A stretch of DNA of 63,995 nt, filler included, from Hyphochytrium catenoides (Eukaryota > Protista > Hyphochytriomycota): NCBI GenBank assembly GCA_900088475.1. It is 6 parts of 6 records of this genome, joined end to end, with 100 filler letters (N's around TTAATTAATTAA, not from the genome) between each part and the next. Parts side by side here need not be neighbours in the genome. Positions count along the whole stretch, not along the records: positions 11,650 to 35,021 come from FLMG01003890.1; positions 35,122 to 47,155 come from FLMG01004083.1; 4 more parts are not named here. The stretch is one strand, 5' to 3'. Both the position numbers and the translations under genes were made by a program. Every line of letters begins with the position of its first letter. Position 1 is the first letter of the stretch. Positions 25,572 to 37,106 of the stretch are shown here, piece after piece. The notes under the pieces were generated by a model. The model was not told where the DNA came from. It ran no database searches and saw only the letters and a program-made list of their open reading frames with translations.

Positions 25572-26714
25572 TTAGTCCTATTAACGTCCTTCCTTAGAGA
25601 GTGTTTTCTTGGTTCCTGCGGGCTCTGCAGAATTCCCGTTCAACTGACAGCGCCTGCGTTTCTCTTCTTTGTCTTCGTCAAGGATTTTCTCCGAGGGATT
25701 CACGGCTGACACATGGCAGCAGCGGGGATTAAGGAATGCTTTATCATCCACTGGGGAAGAGTGTAAAATGAAGCGGTGGAAAGGCCGGTGTTAGAAGACC
25801 TCTCTTTGCCTAGCTCCATTGTTTTGAGAAAGGACACGGAAGGTCCTATGCCCAATAGTAGTGTGGGTGAAAAAGGAAGGGAGAAAGAGCAAGAGAGAGA
25901 GAGAGAGGTGAGGAAGATAGCAAGAGAGAGAAGCGAGTGAAGGAGAGAGAGAGAAGGGCAAAAAGATAGAAAGAAACATCCGAAGGGAGAAAGACGGGGA
26001 AAGAGACTGACGACGGCTTCACCTCGTGACTTGGCAGCAGGAGAGCAAGAAAAAAGCAAAACTTACGAGCTGCCGAGGACAGACCGGACCTCCTTCTACA
26101 GTTCTAAAGGTGGGTTCTTCTGAGGAGCTCTCTGCGACAAGAATTTTTTTTCTTCCTCTTCCCTCATCCACTCATGCTCCTCTTCTATTACTATTATCCT
26201 TTCTAATCGAGTCGTTTTGTCGGGAAGAGGAGAAGCCGGAGGAGGGAAGAAGGCCAGCACCTCCATGTTCTGTTGCGACTCTCTTCTTCTTCTTCTTCGG
26301 CACGGTGAATGGAAAAAGAATAACTGTTTCCATAGATCATCGACGGAAGCGAGTGAGAGAAAGAAGAAAGGAGAACAACTACGTGCTTGTACAATATCTT
26401 TATAGAAAGAAGTGTGATTCACTTTCTAGGCGCAAAAAGTAGTCATCCTCCTCCCCCGACTATATTACTCAGGGCCATGGCTCGCATCAAGCACACTTAC
26501 AACGAGTCTTAGAACGATAATAAAGGAGGAAAGAGCCCGATGATGATGATACGAAGAATGACTCTTTACATCCGTCGTCCTCCTACAATTATTAATGCAA
26601 AGCAATGGCTTACTCTATCCCCCAGTTAAACTTCCAAGGAGTACAAGGATTCTTCCACGCCATCCTTGGGAACCACTAGTCGTACCAGACTACGAATCAT
26701 CGCTATATATATTA

Positions 26715-26955
26715 TGTATGGCAAAGTCTTGGTTCTCTTCCCACTCGTCGCTCTCTTCGTCCTCCACCATCAATATCAGCAAAGGTAGAATCATCATCAG
26801 GTCGAACTCCTCAGCAATAATAACAACAGGAGAAGGAGCGAGGGAGAAGCGATCCATCATCACATACACTCGACAAGGCAATCAAGAGCAGGACCCAACG
26901 GCTGTGGAGGAGAAACATGCTTCACCATCTGTCTCGCATTCTCATCATGGGTGCC
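26715..26955 (-). mobile_element. Decayed 3' fragment of the CRE-like element
   Basis: GAACTCCTCAGCAATAATAAC..GGAGAAGGAG and AAACATGCTTCACCATCTGTCTCGCATTCTCATCATGG match 15190-15350. Confidence 0.6.
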
Positions 26956-27317
26956 AATAGACACTACTTCTAGTCTTTTTATAGAGAAGAACTACCACTC
27001 TACTGACCGTAGCTCTACCACAACCAATAACCCTTGTACTACGATTATTATAACTGGTAACTGGGGACTAGTGAAGGAGAGAAGGGGCCTAGACACTGCC
27101 TCGACTATCTGGTGGTACGTCATGTCAAATTCTTTCTTTATTAGCTGAACGAGAGCTTCTTTCCCTTGATGTCTGTCTTTCTATCGCTCCATCTCCTACC
27201 ACCCGAGCTGTCTCTCTCTCTGCTCCGCAAGAATGATGAAAGACGAGGTTATACTCCGGAGTAAATAAAAGTAACTACGGAGTAAAGTGAAGTGCAGAAG
27301 ATGACTTAAGACGGGAC

Positions 27318-27352
<35 letters not shown>

Positions 27353-27375
27353 TATAGGGGGGGGGGAGAGAGAGA

Positions 27376-27449
<74 letters not shown>

Positions 27450-27763
27450 GGGAACTGGGATGGAGAACGCGACGGGAGAGCAAGATGGAACAAAGAGGAA
27501 GAGAAGGCCCGTCTTGGCTTTTTATCCCGGCCATTCCCGTCTCTTTCCGCTCTCTTTTTTCAATCTTCTTGCTCTCTCGCTCTCTCTCGCTCTCTTCGGT
27601 TCTCTATCTCTTTCTTCCCCTGGCTTTCCCTTCTTTGAACTGTTCCAGACAGATCTATGGTGATGCCTCCGAAGCTTGCCGTGCCCTTTCTCGCCTTCTC
27701 TCCGGTCAAACTCCTTCTTCTTTCCAATCAGCCTTCTTTCCTCCTCTTCCGGATCTCTCTCTA

Positions 27764-27802
<39 letters not shown>

Positions 27803-28469
27803 TCCTGTCTTCGATATATCTTGTCCTAGAAGGAAAGAGAGGCTCTATCTATGACTCAGGTTCGTAAAAGAAAAGATGCCATTCTTCTTCACCATTTCCC
27901 TTCTCTCTACGACTGTTAGAACTGCTGCTGAGAAGTGGGGTTAGGGGAGAGAGAGACAGAAAGGAGGACAGACAGAGACAGAGAGAAAGAAAACCAAGCC
28001 GTCGAACAGAGCTTCAGACCCTTTCATAGAGCCGCTACGACTATTCCCCCTATCTTCCTCTCTGCTGCTTTGTCGCCGCCAAGGATGAGGCTCCAGCCCT
28101 TCAATGTCTACACCTTCTTTTTCTGCCTGTCTCTCTACTTTCTCGGTCTGTCTGCCTGTCTCTCTCTCTCTTGCTCACTCTTTACGGTACACCTTCCTAC
28201 TCTCTCCTTCCTCTCCCTCGCTCTCTCTCGACCATGTCTCAGCAGATGTACTCTCATCATCGCTTCTCATCATTTATTTATTTTTGCGAGTCGTACGTCT
28301 TTCTGCCGCGATGCCCTTGCCGCCGGTGCGGCGCCCATCATAAGGCAATCAAGGAGATCCTTTCTATCTCTTCAGTTTGTCTCTCATTTCTTTCCTTTGC
28401 AAACAAAAAAAGGAGGAAAGAAGGATCATTAAGGCAGTACCGGAGATAAAGAAGGAGAAAATGACAAGG

Positions 28470-29153
28470 ATGGAAGTTCCGCAAGCGAAAACGCTCTTCC
28501 TCGGCGACGAGTCACCTGGGGCGGCGGCTCTTTCTAATTTTCTCTTTTCTTATGATCTTTGTCTCTTCTCGTTTCATCGTCCACAGTCGTCGGACCCGTC
28601 TTACCCGTGATCGTTCCTCATCGCCAGTCAGAAGGTCCTCATCGCAACCATTATCGCCGCAATCAAAAGTTCCCTTATCGATAATGCCTTCCGCAGCACG
28701 GCTTCTAGTGAAAAGACAGATCCAAGCAATTGGGAGAGGATGAGGAGGATAACGGAGCCTCATCCAGTGGGTCAGTATAACCCTCAGGTCCTACAGCTCT
28801 GTGACGACGTAGGCTATCGTATTCCCGAGCAGGTCTTACGAGGAATGGCAGAGGACAAAGCCCATCCTTGGAATAACTTGGCTGGCCTCTTCAAAGAACT
28901 GCAAAGAAAGCGTCTCACTCTTCCTGAGTGTCTACTGGAAAGTAATTACGGGAGGATGATAATGCTTATCGGGAGCGAGGGCATCCAAGGGAACTTGTAT
29001 GACCTTGAGGTCCTACGGCTCTGTGACGACGCAGGCTATCGTATTCCCGAGCAGGTCTTACGAGGAATGGCAACGAACGGAGCCGATCCTTGGAATAACG
29101 CCAATATCGTCATCGTACAACTGGTTTCTCAGGGGTTTCTGCACACCCCGTGA
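28470..29153 (+). pseudogene. Frameshifted member of the shared-leader secreted family, with two 'HPW/DPW' repeats
   Basis: Removing 1 nt after ATGGAAGT gives MEVRKRKRSSSATSHLGRRLFLIFSFLMIFVSSRFIVHS. A second shift occurs near 28740. Cargo contains two near-identical units, VLQLCDDVGYRIPEQVLRGMAEDKAHPWNN and VLRLCDDAGYRIPEQVLRGMATNGADPWNN. Confidence 0.7.
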
Positions 29154-29731
29154 GTACTTAACACAGCCAAGGATGAGCGCAAAAACACGCGGCGTTTGAT
29201 GAAGAAGCCCCTCAACGCGGCATTGGAAGCAATGAGGAGTGGGGCCCAGACTATGAAGTGAGAAGGATGAAGGAGAAGGAGCGCGCTGACAAACAACCAG
29301 AAGGTAAAGTTCGTTCTTGGCGTCCGAGGTGAGAGGATCGGTCGGACCTCGCCTCCATGATTCTCAAAGGTGTTGCTGCTCTGTCAGTCTCCTCCCTCAG
29401 CCTCTGTCGTCTGCCGCCAAGAACCTGGAAGTCATCTTCCTTGTTCGGCTTCTTCTCTCTTCCACTCTACAACGATGTTATTTATCTAATCAATAAAAAG
29501 AAGTGAAAAAGGTTCTGCAGTGGTGGTTACCTTCCTAAGAGATGCTTTGACCCGCAGAGGGCAGTTTGTTGGCCTCACTGCTCCGAGCATTAGTGGCAAT
29601 CATCTACAGCTGAATGAATAAGAGAGAGGTTTGAAGTGGAAGAAGTGGAGAAAGAACGTTAGATAGGAGTGTTGTGCTCTTACCTCTCTCTCTCTCTCNN
29701 NNNNNNNNNNNNNNNNNNNNNNNNNNNNNNN

Positions 29732-29764
<33 letters not shown>

Positions 29765-29896
29765 GCGTCATCACCAGCAATAAGGGAGGACGGTTGTTAT
29801 CTCTGTTTATTGGGGACTAAAGGTGAACGTTGCGGATGGTACCGCGACGCTTCTAAGAGAAAGAGAGAAGAAGAAAGGGAAAGAAAGGGTAGACAT

Positions 29897-30080
29897 CTAG
29901 CTGCTCCAAGTCTTTTCTCTCTCTCTTCTGCTTCTCCAAAAAGAGAAGAGAAAGGCCGAAGAGAAGACAGAAGAGAGACTGAAGGCTACCAGCCACGGAA
30001 ATTGCTGCGGCCGATGAAAGACAATTCCTAGGCCTAACATTAGGACGGAGCACACTTGAGACAGAGCCACCTGCAGCAGC

Positions 30081-30126
<46 letters not shown>

Positions 30127-30285
30127 TCCGGGCAGTGTGTACGGAGAGAGAGAGAATCAGAGATAGACAGACAGACAGAGCAGGGAGAGAGAGAGAGAAG
30201 GGGGGAAGAAAAAGGATATGAGAGGCCGATAAAGACATTAGAGAGAATGTGGCAGAGATGGCAAAAGATAGACAGGAGGTTGTGT

Positions 30286-30317
<32 letters not shown>

Positions 30318-31432
30318 TGAGAAAGAGAGTCCGAGAACGGGGACGGCACAGGAGGTGGTATATAGAAGGAACGAGAGAATAAAGAGAGAGAGAGAGAAAG
30401 AGGACGAAAAAGAAGAGACAAGTCAAGGAGGAAAGTTTGGAGAGAAAACGCCAAACGATAGTGGAAAGGAGAAGGATCATGTTTCCCCCATGTGCCCTGT
30501 CGCTCTTCTCTCTCTCTCCCTCCCTCTCTCTCTTTCTCTTTCTCTCTTTCTTTTTCTCTCTGTGGCTCTTACCTGTGCGCCGTTGATAGTCCCTCGCAGC
30601 TCTGCCTGCACTTGTTCCTGCATAATCTGTGTCTCTGCCAGGTCTACCGTCCAGAGAGAGAAGCGAGAGAGAAATTGACAGATGAGGAGAGAATAGTCCG
30701 TCGAGAGAGACGCACCAGCTTGAGATGAGACAGATGAAGAGAGATATTATTAGAGGGAGAAAGAGAGAGAGAGAGAGCGATGGAGACAATGATGAAAGGA
30801 ATATGTTAGGCAAGGCAGCATTCGCAGAGCTCCTAGGAAAGTGTCTGGAAAATAGGGAGAAGGAACAGGCCAAAGAGAGGGNNNNNNNNNNNNNNNNNNN
30901 NNNNNNNNNNNNNNNNNNNNNNNNNNNNNNNNNNNNNNNNNNNNNNNNNNNNNNNNNNNNNNNNNNNNNNNAGAGGAAGAGACGAGAGAAAAGACCGAGA
31001 GACTGAACCATAAAAGTTGGAGAGAGAGAGATGAGAGAAATCCAACTAAATGAGAAAAGGGATCGTAAGAAAAGACATGCAGTTAATCAAGAGATAAGGG
31101 AGAGATACACAGAAAAGAGAGAAAGAGGACGGGGACAACAGAGAGAAGAGCAAGAGCACGGGCGGAGACTAGTAGGAAGAAGAAGATGCGATACAAAGCG
31201 AGACCAAGGAACACGGAGAAAGAGAGAGAGAATGAGAGAGAGCTCACCGAGGACAAAAGTGACTCCGATCGGAAGGAGAGACGCCCAGAAGGCCCAGGCC
31301 GCGGTCACCGCGATGGTCTCACAGTCTCCACCCAGTCGTCCTACCGCCAGAGGATAAAATAACGTTGCGCCTAAGCCTAAGATTGCGCCTAAACCTTGAC
31401 TGAGAGCGATCAGAGACGTCGGCACCTGCCAG

Positions 31433-31495
<63 letters not shown>

Positions 31496-32140
31496 GACGA
31501 ACAATTGTCAGACTCTTTTTCTCTCTCGTTTTCGCCTTCTTTCGCTAGCTTCGCCATTTGGCCTTGTACTAATCTTCTGCTGGCTCTGGTTCTCTTTCTC
31601 TATGCTCTCGCATTCTCAGTATCTTAGGGTTTTTACTTCCCATTCTGCGCGCTCTCTCTCACTTTTCTCTCTCTCTCCCCCCTCTCCCCCTTCTCTCTCT
31701 CTCTTTATGTATATATACGTCTATGTCTCTCTCTAATTCCTTTCATTCTGTTTCCTAACCTACTTCACCACCTCAGAGTCTACCCTGAACCTTCCTTGCC
31801 ATCTCTTGTTCTGCCATTCTCTATATTTGATTGCTTCTTTCTTCTTCTTCTTCTCTCTCTCTCTCTCTCTCTCCCTCTTTATGTTTGGCGTGTGTTGTTC
31901 TCTCTTACCTTCCGCCAGGTGAGATAAGAAGTATTAAGCGCTCCCTGGTCGAGCACTGACATGAAAAGAAGGCAGAAGGCCACAGAGGCGAGAAAGACAG
32001 GGTGCGAGCGGTAGAGAGAGAGAGAAGAGAAAAGAGAGGAAGAGGGAGAAGAAGCGGAAGAGACGGAAAGAGAAGGGATCCGTTTTGTTTCTGCGAGGCA
32101 GAGACAGTGAAATAGTGACAAAGTTGTTAGGGATTGTGAA

Positions 32141-32203
<63 letters not shown>

Positions 32204-32441
32204 AGGAGCCAACATTGGAAAGAAAGCAATTGAGACAGCGAAGAAAACAGGGAGAGAAAGAAAGACAACGAGAAAAGGAGAGAGAGATTTATTTGCTTAC
32301 GAAGAGCTTTAGAACTATAAAAGACTTCGGTCAGAAAGACATATTCCAGAGGGAGAGACATCAGATTCCACGCTCCTGGTGACAGTCACAGGGAGGGCGA
32401 GAGAGAGTGAGAGAGGAAGAAAGAGAGAGAAACAGAGAGAA

Positions 32442-32478
<37 letters not shown>

Positions 32479-33542
32479 AAGGCAGGTGGAGATGTAGAGA
32501 GTGCGCGGCAAAAAAGAGAGCCAGAGCGCACGAGAGATATTGTGAGAGAGTGTGAGAGCAAGAGCGAGAGAGATAGTGAGAGAGAAAGGAGACAAAAGGA
32601 AAGGTTGACTTACAGGAGAGAATGTGGAAGGGACACAGAGAGAGAGGGGAAAAAAGAAGGAGAGAGAGAGAGCAGGAAAGTGAGAGGAAGAGAGACAACT
32701 CCCAAAGACAGGTCGACAGGCGAGAGAGAGAGAGAGAAATATACATCTCAAAACCACTCGCAGGTAGATAAAACACAGAGGAAGAGGAAGCCATAGAGAA
32801 AAAAATTGAGAGAGCAAGGGAATGAGAGAAAGAGAGAGACAGAGAGAAAGTGAGAGAAAGAGAGAGAGAGAGTTCCCACCTACTACGATGGCGCCTGTCA
32901 CTCCTCGGGCCAGAGGTGTCTGACCGCAGTACTGATACGTCAAACCAAAGGCACAAGGGGCCAAGACCTTTAGGGAATAAGGAACGTACATCAAACAACG
33001 AGAGAGACAGAGAAGGAGAGAGAGAGAGAGAAAAGGAGAGAGAGAGAGAGAAAAGGGGAGAAAAAGAGACAATAGCGGCAGATCGGCAAAAGAAGAGAGG
33101 CGCCCAACGGAATGAGAACAGGGAAAGAGAATACGAACAAGGGACACACCCGAATAGGGAAAGAGAGAGAGAGGGAATGACATACAAGGGTCTTTAGCGT
33201 GGGGGAGAGAAAAGAGCTCTCAGAGAAAGGGATATAGTGAAAGACGAGTAGCCAAAGGGGAGAAAGAGGAAGGCATATGAAAAAAAAAGAAGGGCGTGAG
33301 AGCAAAGAGAGAGAAGAGAGTGAGAAAGAGATATTGTTTGGGTGGAAGAATTAAGAGACTAAGAGAGAGAGAGGCGCAGCGATAGAGCCAGAGAGAGAGA
33401 GAAAGGAGAAGGGGCAACAGCAAGGACCGGAGAAACCAAAATAGCGAGGGGGAGAGAGAAAAGAGAAAGGGAGCCAAAGAAGGACCGGGACAACCAAAGC
33501 AGGAAGAGAGAGAGAGAGAATATATATAGAGAGAGAGACAAA

Positions 33543-33603
<61 letters not shown>

Positions 33604-35021
33604 GGAGGACTCAGGACACCTTGCAGGTGAGATCAATGGCTCTGATGTTGCTGTTAAGCGATGCGAGTTGCTGGCGATCCTCTCCGGAGAGAAGCGTCAC
33701 CCAGTCCCGCTCCACACAGAGAGTCTGCGCCTGACCCAGTGACTCTCCTGCAGATAACAGAAGAGAAAGAGAGAGAGAGAAAGAAAGAGAGAGAGAAAGA
33801 GAGAGAAAGAAAGGGAGAGAAATACAGTGAGGAGATTGCCAGAGAGATATAGGAGAGAGAAGAAGAGAGAAGGAGAGGATGTACACCAAACCTTAAGCGA
33901 AACGGTACCAGGAGAGAGAGAAAGAAGAAGAGAGAGTAAAAAGAGAGAGAGAGAATGGCAACAGCGCGTGAGAGAGAGAAGAGAGCCACATAAAAGAAAA
34001 AACACAAAGGATAACCACTTAACTGGAAAAAAGTGAGGACAGAGAGAGTAAATGCAGAGGCTAAGACAGAAATAGCAATTGAAAGAGAAGAGAACAAAAG
34101 GAGAAGAGAGCGAAAGGAAGAGAAAAAGACCAAGGGAAAAAGAGAGACGAGGAGAGAAGGACAAAAGAGGGAGAAAGAGAGAGAAGCAAAGGAGAGAAGG
34201 CCAAGGGGAGAAAGAGAGAGAGGGAGAACAAGAAACAGAAGGACAAAAGAAGGGATAAAGAGAGGGAGACGAAGGAGAGGAGGATAAAGAAAGAAAGGGG
34301 AGAAGGCGGAGGAGGGAAAGACCAAGCGAGTAAAGAGAAACAGGAAGGTTGCGATCAAAGACCTCTCTTTCTCTCTTTCTCTCATTCTTTCCTCTCTATT
34401 TCCCTCCCTGGCCTACCTATAATGCCACAAAGGACGAGGGCTGCGAAGAGAGAGACAAGGAGAGGGCTCCAGGAAGCGCCGTGAGCGCCATCAGCGTGAG
34501 AGAAGAAGAGGAGAAGGACCATCAAAGCGCTTGACAGAACTATCGCCGCATTCTCCCATAACAAAGCTAGTGTGGGAGAGAGAGAGAAAGAGAGAGGGAA
34601 AGAGAGAGAGAGAGAGAGAGTAGAGCAGAGCTTAGACACTAGAATGGGACAATGGCAATGAGAGAGAAAGGTAGGAGGATGAGAAGACGGCAATTAAGAA
34701 AGATATCCAGGGGCCTTTTAGAATAACAAAGAGCGACAGCAGAAGAGAGAGAGAGAGCAACAGAGAGGGAGAAAGAGACAGAGAGAGAGAAGGTTGAGGC
34801 TGTTTTTATCACAAAATAGAACCATTGAAGAGGAGGCATAGATTTCAAAAAGAGAGGTAAGAAGAGAAAGAGAAGCGGAGAGGAAGAGAGAGAAAAAGAG
34901 AGACTCTCGCTTAGTGAGAGAGACAGGGAGAGAAAGAGGGGAGGGAAGAGAAAGAGAAAAAAAGAGGGAGAGATGCTCGGGAGAGGTGCAATAAGAACAT
35001 ATCTCAATCCCAATTCCCGCA
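29897..35021 (-). CDS. FPN: Ferroportin (SLC40A1/IREG family) metal exporter, multi-exon, 5' end cut by the contig linker
   Basis: GT-AG exons at about 34412-34565, 33619-33748 (TLCVERDWVTLL..LASLNSNIRAIDLTCK), 32880-32967 (VLAPCAFG), 32300-32375 (GAWNLMSLPLEY), 31909-32090 (HPVFLASVAFCLLFMSVLDQGALNTSYL), 31247-31425 (SQGLGAILGLGATLFYP), 30572-30718 (SRFSLWTVDLAETQIMQEQV..RGTINGAQ) and 29897-30070 (LGIVFHRPQQFPWL). The signature motifs are in ferroportin order. Confidence 0.9.
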
Positions 35022-35121
35022 NNNNNNNNNNNNNNNNNNNNNNNNNNNNNNNNNNNNNNNNNNNNTTAATTAATTAANNNNNNNNNNNNNNNNNNNNNNN
35101 NNNNNNNNNNNNNNNNNNNNN
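35022..35121. other. Artificial contig linker
   Basis: N44-TTAATTAATTAA-N44. Confidence 0.97.
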
Positions 35122-35484
35122 AATAACGATCTGAGAGGTGAAGGAGATGAGGTGGAGGTGAAGCTATGGCCGATAGTGAAGGGCACACTCACTAAGATCT
35201 TGGTTGACCTGCTGAAGTCAGAGAAGAGGGCACAGGTAAGAAAGACAGCGAGAGAGCGACGTACAGCGAGAAAGAGAGAGAGCTCTAGAAAATGTTGCCC
35301 ATTTGCGGCTATCTTCTGCAATCTCCGCTGCTTTCTGACGACATCTTTTCTTCACCAGACTGAGAGTTTCGGGGCGCTGAAGGAGATGTATCGCGTTCTC
35401 CTCCTTCACACTCAGAAACCTGAGAGCCTCAGGAGGACCTGGACCGAGCTTGTTCAAGCTTTCGCCACGCTGCAACGCCCATGA
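35122..35484 (+). CDS. 3' end (last two exons) of a gene of unknown function, truncated by the linker
   Basis: Open frame ..LWPIVKGTLTKILVDLLKSEKRAQ, GTAAG intron 35236-35358 ending CAG, then TESFGALKEMYRVLL..LQRP*. Converges on the AIFM2-like gene. Confidence 0.5.
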   Translation, partial: NNDLRGEGDEVEVKLWPIVKGTLTKILVDLLKSEKRAQVRKTARERRTARKRESSRKCCPFAAIFCNLRCFLTTSFLHQTESFGALKEMYRVLLLHTQKPESLRRTWTELVQAFATLQRP

Positions 35485-35540
35485 TTTATGCTAAAAATTC
35501 TCTCCCTCCCGCTCTCTCTCTCTCTTCTCCACCCACATAT

Positions 35541-37106
35541 CTATTGCTCAAAGTATGCTTTCTCTCCCACCTGGGGCATGGTCTGCTTCAACTTCCTCCA
35601 CATCTCAGAAGAGAGAAGGTCTCTACCTTTCCTTTTCTTCAGAACCATTCCTCCTAGAACTGCTCCAAGTACGATGCCATTCACTTCCACCAGCTCGTCG
35701 TGCTGGCCAACGGAGACAGCGATACTTGGCTTACTGTCAGGTTTATACCTCAGTTTCGGAAGCCTGTTGTCTGCAATCCTTAGGGCATTCTTGGCAGCAA
35801 TCTCTGCATGGAGGAGAGCATGATGCGCTAATTTGGGCTCTGAGACGGCGGTACAATCTCCTATGGCGAGGACATTAGCCTGACGCACTTCAGGGATAAC
35901 AAGAAAGTCGTTAACAAGGATCTCTCCGTTGTCGTTCAGCCAACTCCGAGGAAAGACACTCTCTTTCTCTCCCTCCCAGCGTCCGACTTTCTTTTCCCGA
36001 AGCTCATCGTGGTTGCGACCCCTGGCTGCATCTGAAGAGGATGAGGCATCTGAACCCCGTCCGGTGGCAAATATAACCAGATCCGTGTCGATCTTCTCCC
36101 CTGTTGAGGTAGTGAAGACTCTGCGGGACGAGACAAATGGAGCGCATAGATCAGCCGGGAGAAAGTCTATTTTCTGGCCCATGAGCAATGTGACGCCCCT
36201 GGTCTTGAGCTTCTCTATTGCCTGTCTCTTTAGCTCCACCGACACCGAAGGATGTATGTTAGAAAGAAGAGAGTCCTTGTCCTGGATGAGAGTGATGTCT
36301 TTCTCAGGAAGTGCGTCTACTATCTCCCCTGCTAGCTCGATCCCCACTGGTCCTCCTCCTACTATGAGTATCCTGGTGCTCTGCTTGATGGCTCGCTGCA
36401 GGCTCTGATACAGCTTCGTTATGTTTTCTCTGCAAGAGAAAGCAGGAAGCAGCTCTGAGCTAGCACTCAAGGGAATCTCTGCCGGAAAGGGAGAGGGAGA
36501 GGCGGGAGAGCCAGTGGCAATGATAAGCACATCATAGTTATACTCCCGCTTGCTGTGGAGAATGACTTTGTTCTCTTGAGGCATGATCCTTGCCACCCTT
36601 CCCCGTACTATTATTCCTTTTCCACACTCTCTAGCGTCTGACTGAATTTCTTCCTTTGCCTCTTTCTCTAAGAGCTTATCGTAAGGAATCATTAGAGCTT
36701 TCTCCCAGTTTGGCACCACTGCTGCTCTCACAGCTGCCATTTTATGCAGCATGAAAGGCTGCGGCTCTATTAGCAGGATCCGATAGCCCTTTCTCTTGTT
36801 GCTTAGCTGCACTAGAGAGGAGACAACTGCCACCCCTCCATAACCTCCTCCTACAACGATGATGGTCTTCACGCTGGCGTTATGCGGTGAGGAGCAGGAG
36901 GATGAGCTAGACGAGACAACCCTTTCTCTGTCAGTTGGACTGTTCGGGGGACGCGTAGCCTCAGCCTCTTCATCCACGGCAAGCGCGCCATCGCCCTTCT
37001 CCTCTTTGTTACCTTCTTGGGTGCCACCGTCTCTTGGGTGGTCTGAGGAGGTCAGGGACGTAAAGGTGCCAGCCGCGAACGCTGGTGACGAGGGGTTGTT
37101 ACCCAT
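35541..37106 (-). CDS. AIFM2/FSP1(AMID)-like FAD/NAD(P)H-dependent oxidoreductase
   Basis: IIVVGGGYGG (FAD), YDVLIIATGS, ILIVGGGPVGIELAGEI (NAD), NVLAIGDC, EPKLAHHALLHAEIAAKN. Likely start MGNNPSS at 37106. Confidence 0.9.
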   Translation of the reverse strand: MGNNPSSPAFAAGTFTSLTSSDHPRDGGTQEGNKEEKGDGALAVDEEAEATRPPNSPTDRERVVSSSSSSCSSPHNASVKTIIVVGGGYGGVAVVSSLVQLSNKRKGYRILLIEPQPFMLHKMAAVRAAVVPNWEKALMIPYDKLLEKEAKEEIQSDARECGKGIIVRGRVARIMPQENKVILHSKREYNYDVLIIATGSPASPSPFPAEIPLSASSELLPAFSCRENITKLYQSLQRAIKQSTRILIVGGGPVGIELAGEIVDALPEKDITLIQDKDSLLSNIHPSVSVELKRQAIEKLKTRGVTLLMGQKIDFLPADLCAPFVSSRRVFTTSTGEKIDTDLVIFATGRGSDASSSSDAARGRNHDELREKKVGRWEGEKESVFPRSWLNDNGEILVNDFLVIPEVRQANVLAIGDCTAVSEPKLAHHALLHAEIAAKNALRIADNRLPKLRYKPDSKPSIAVSVGQHDELVEVNGIVLGAVLGGMVLKKRKGRDLLSSEMWRKLKQTMPQVGEKAYFEQ

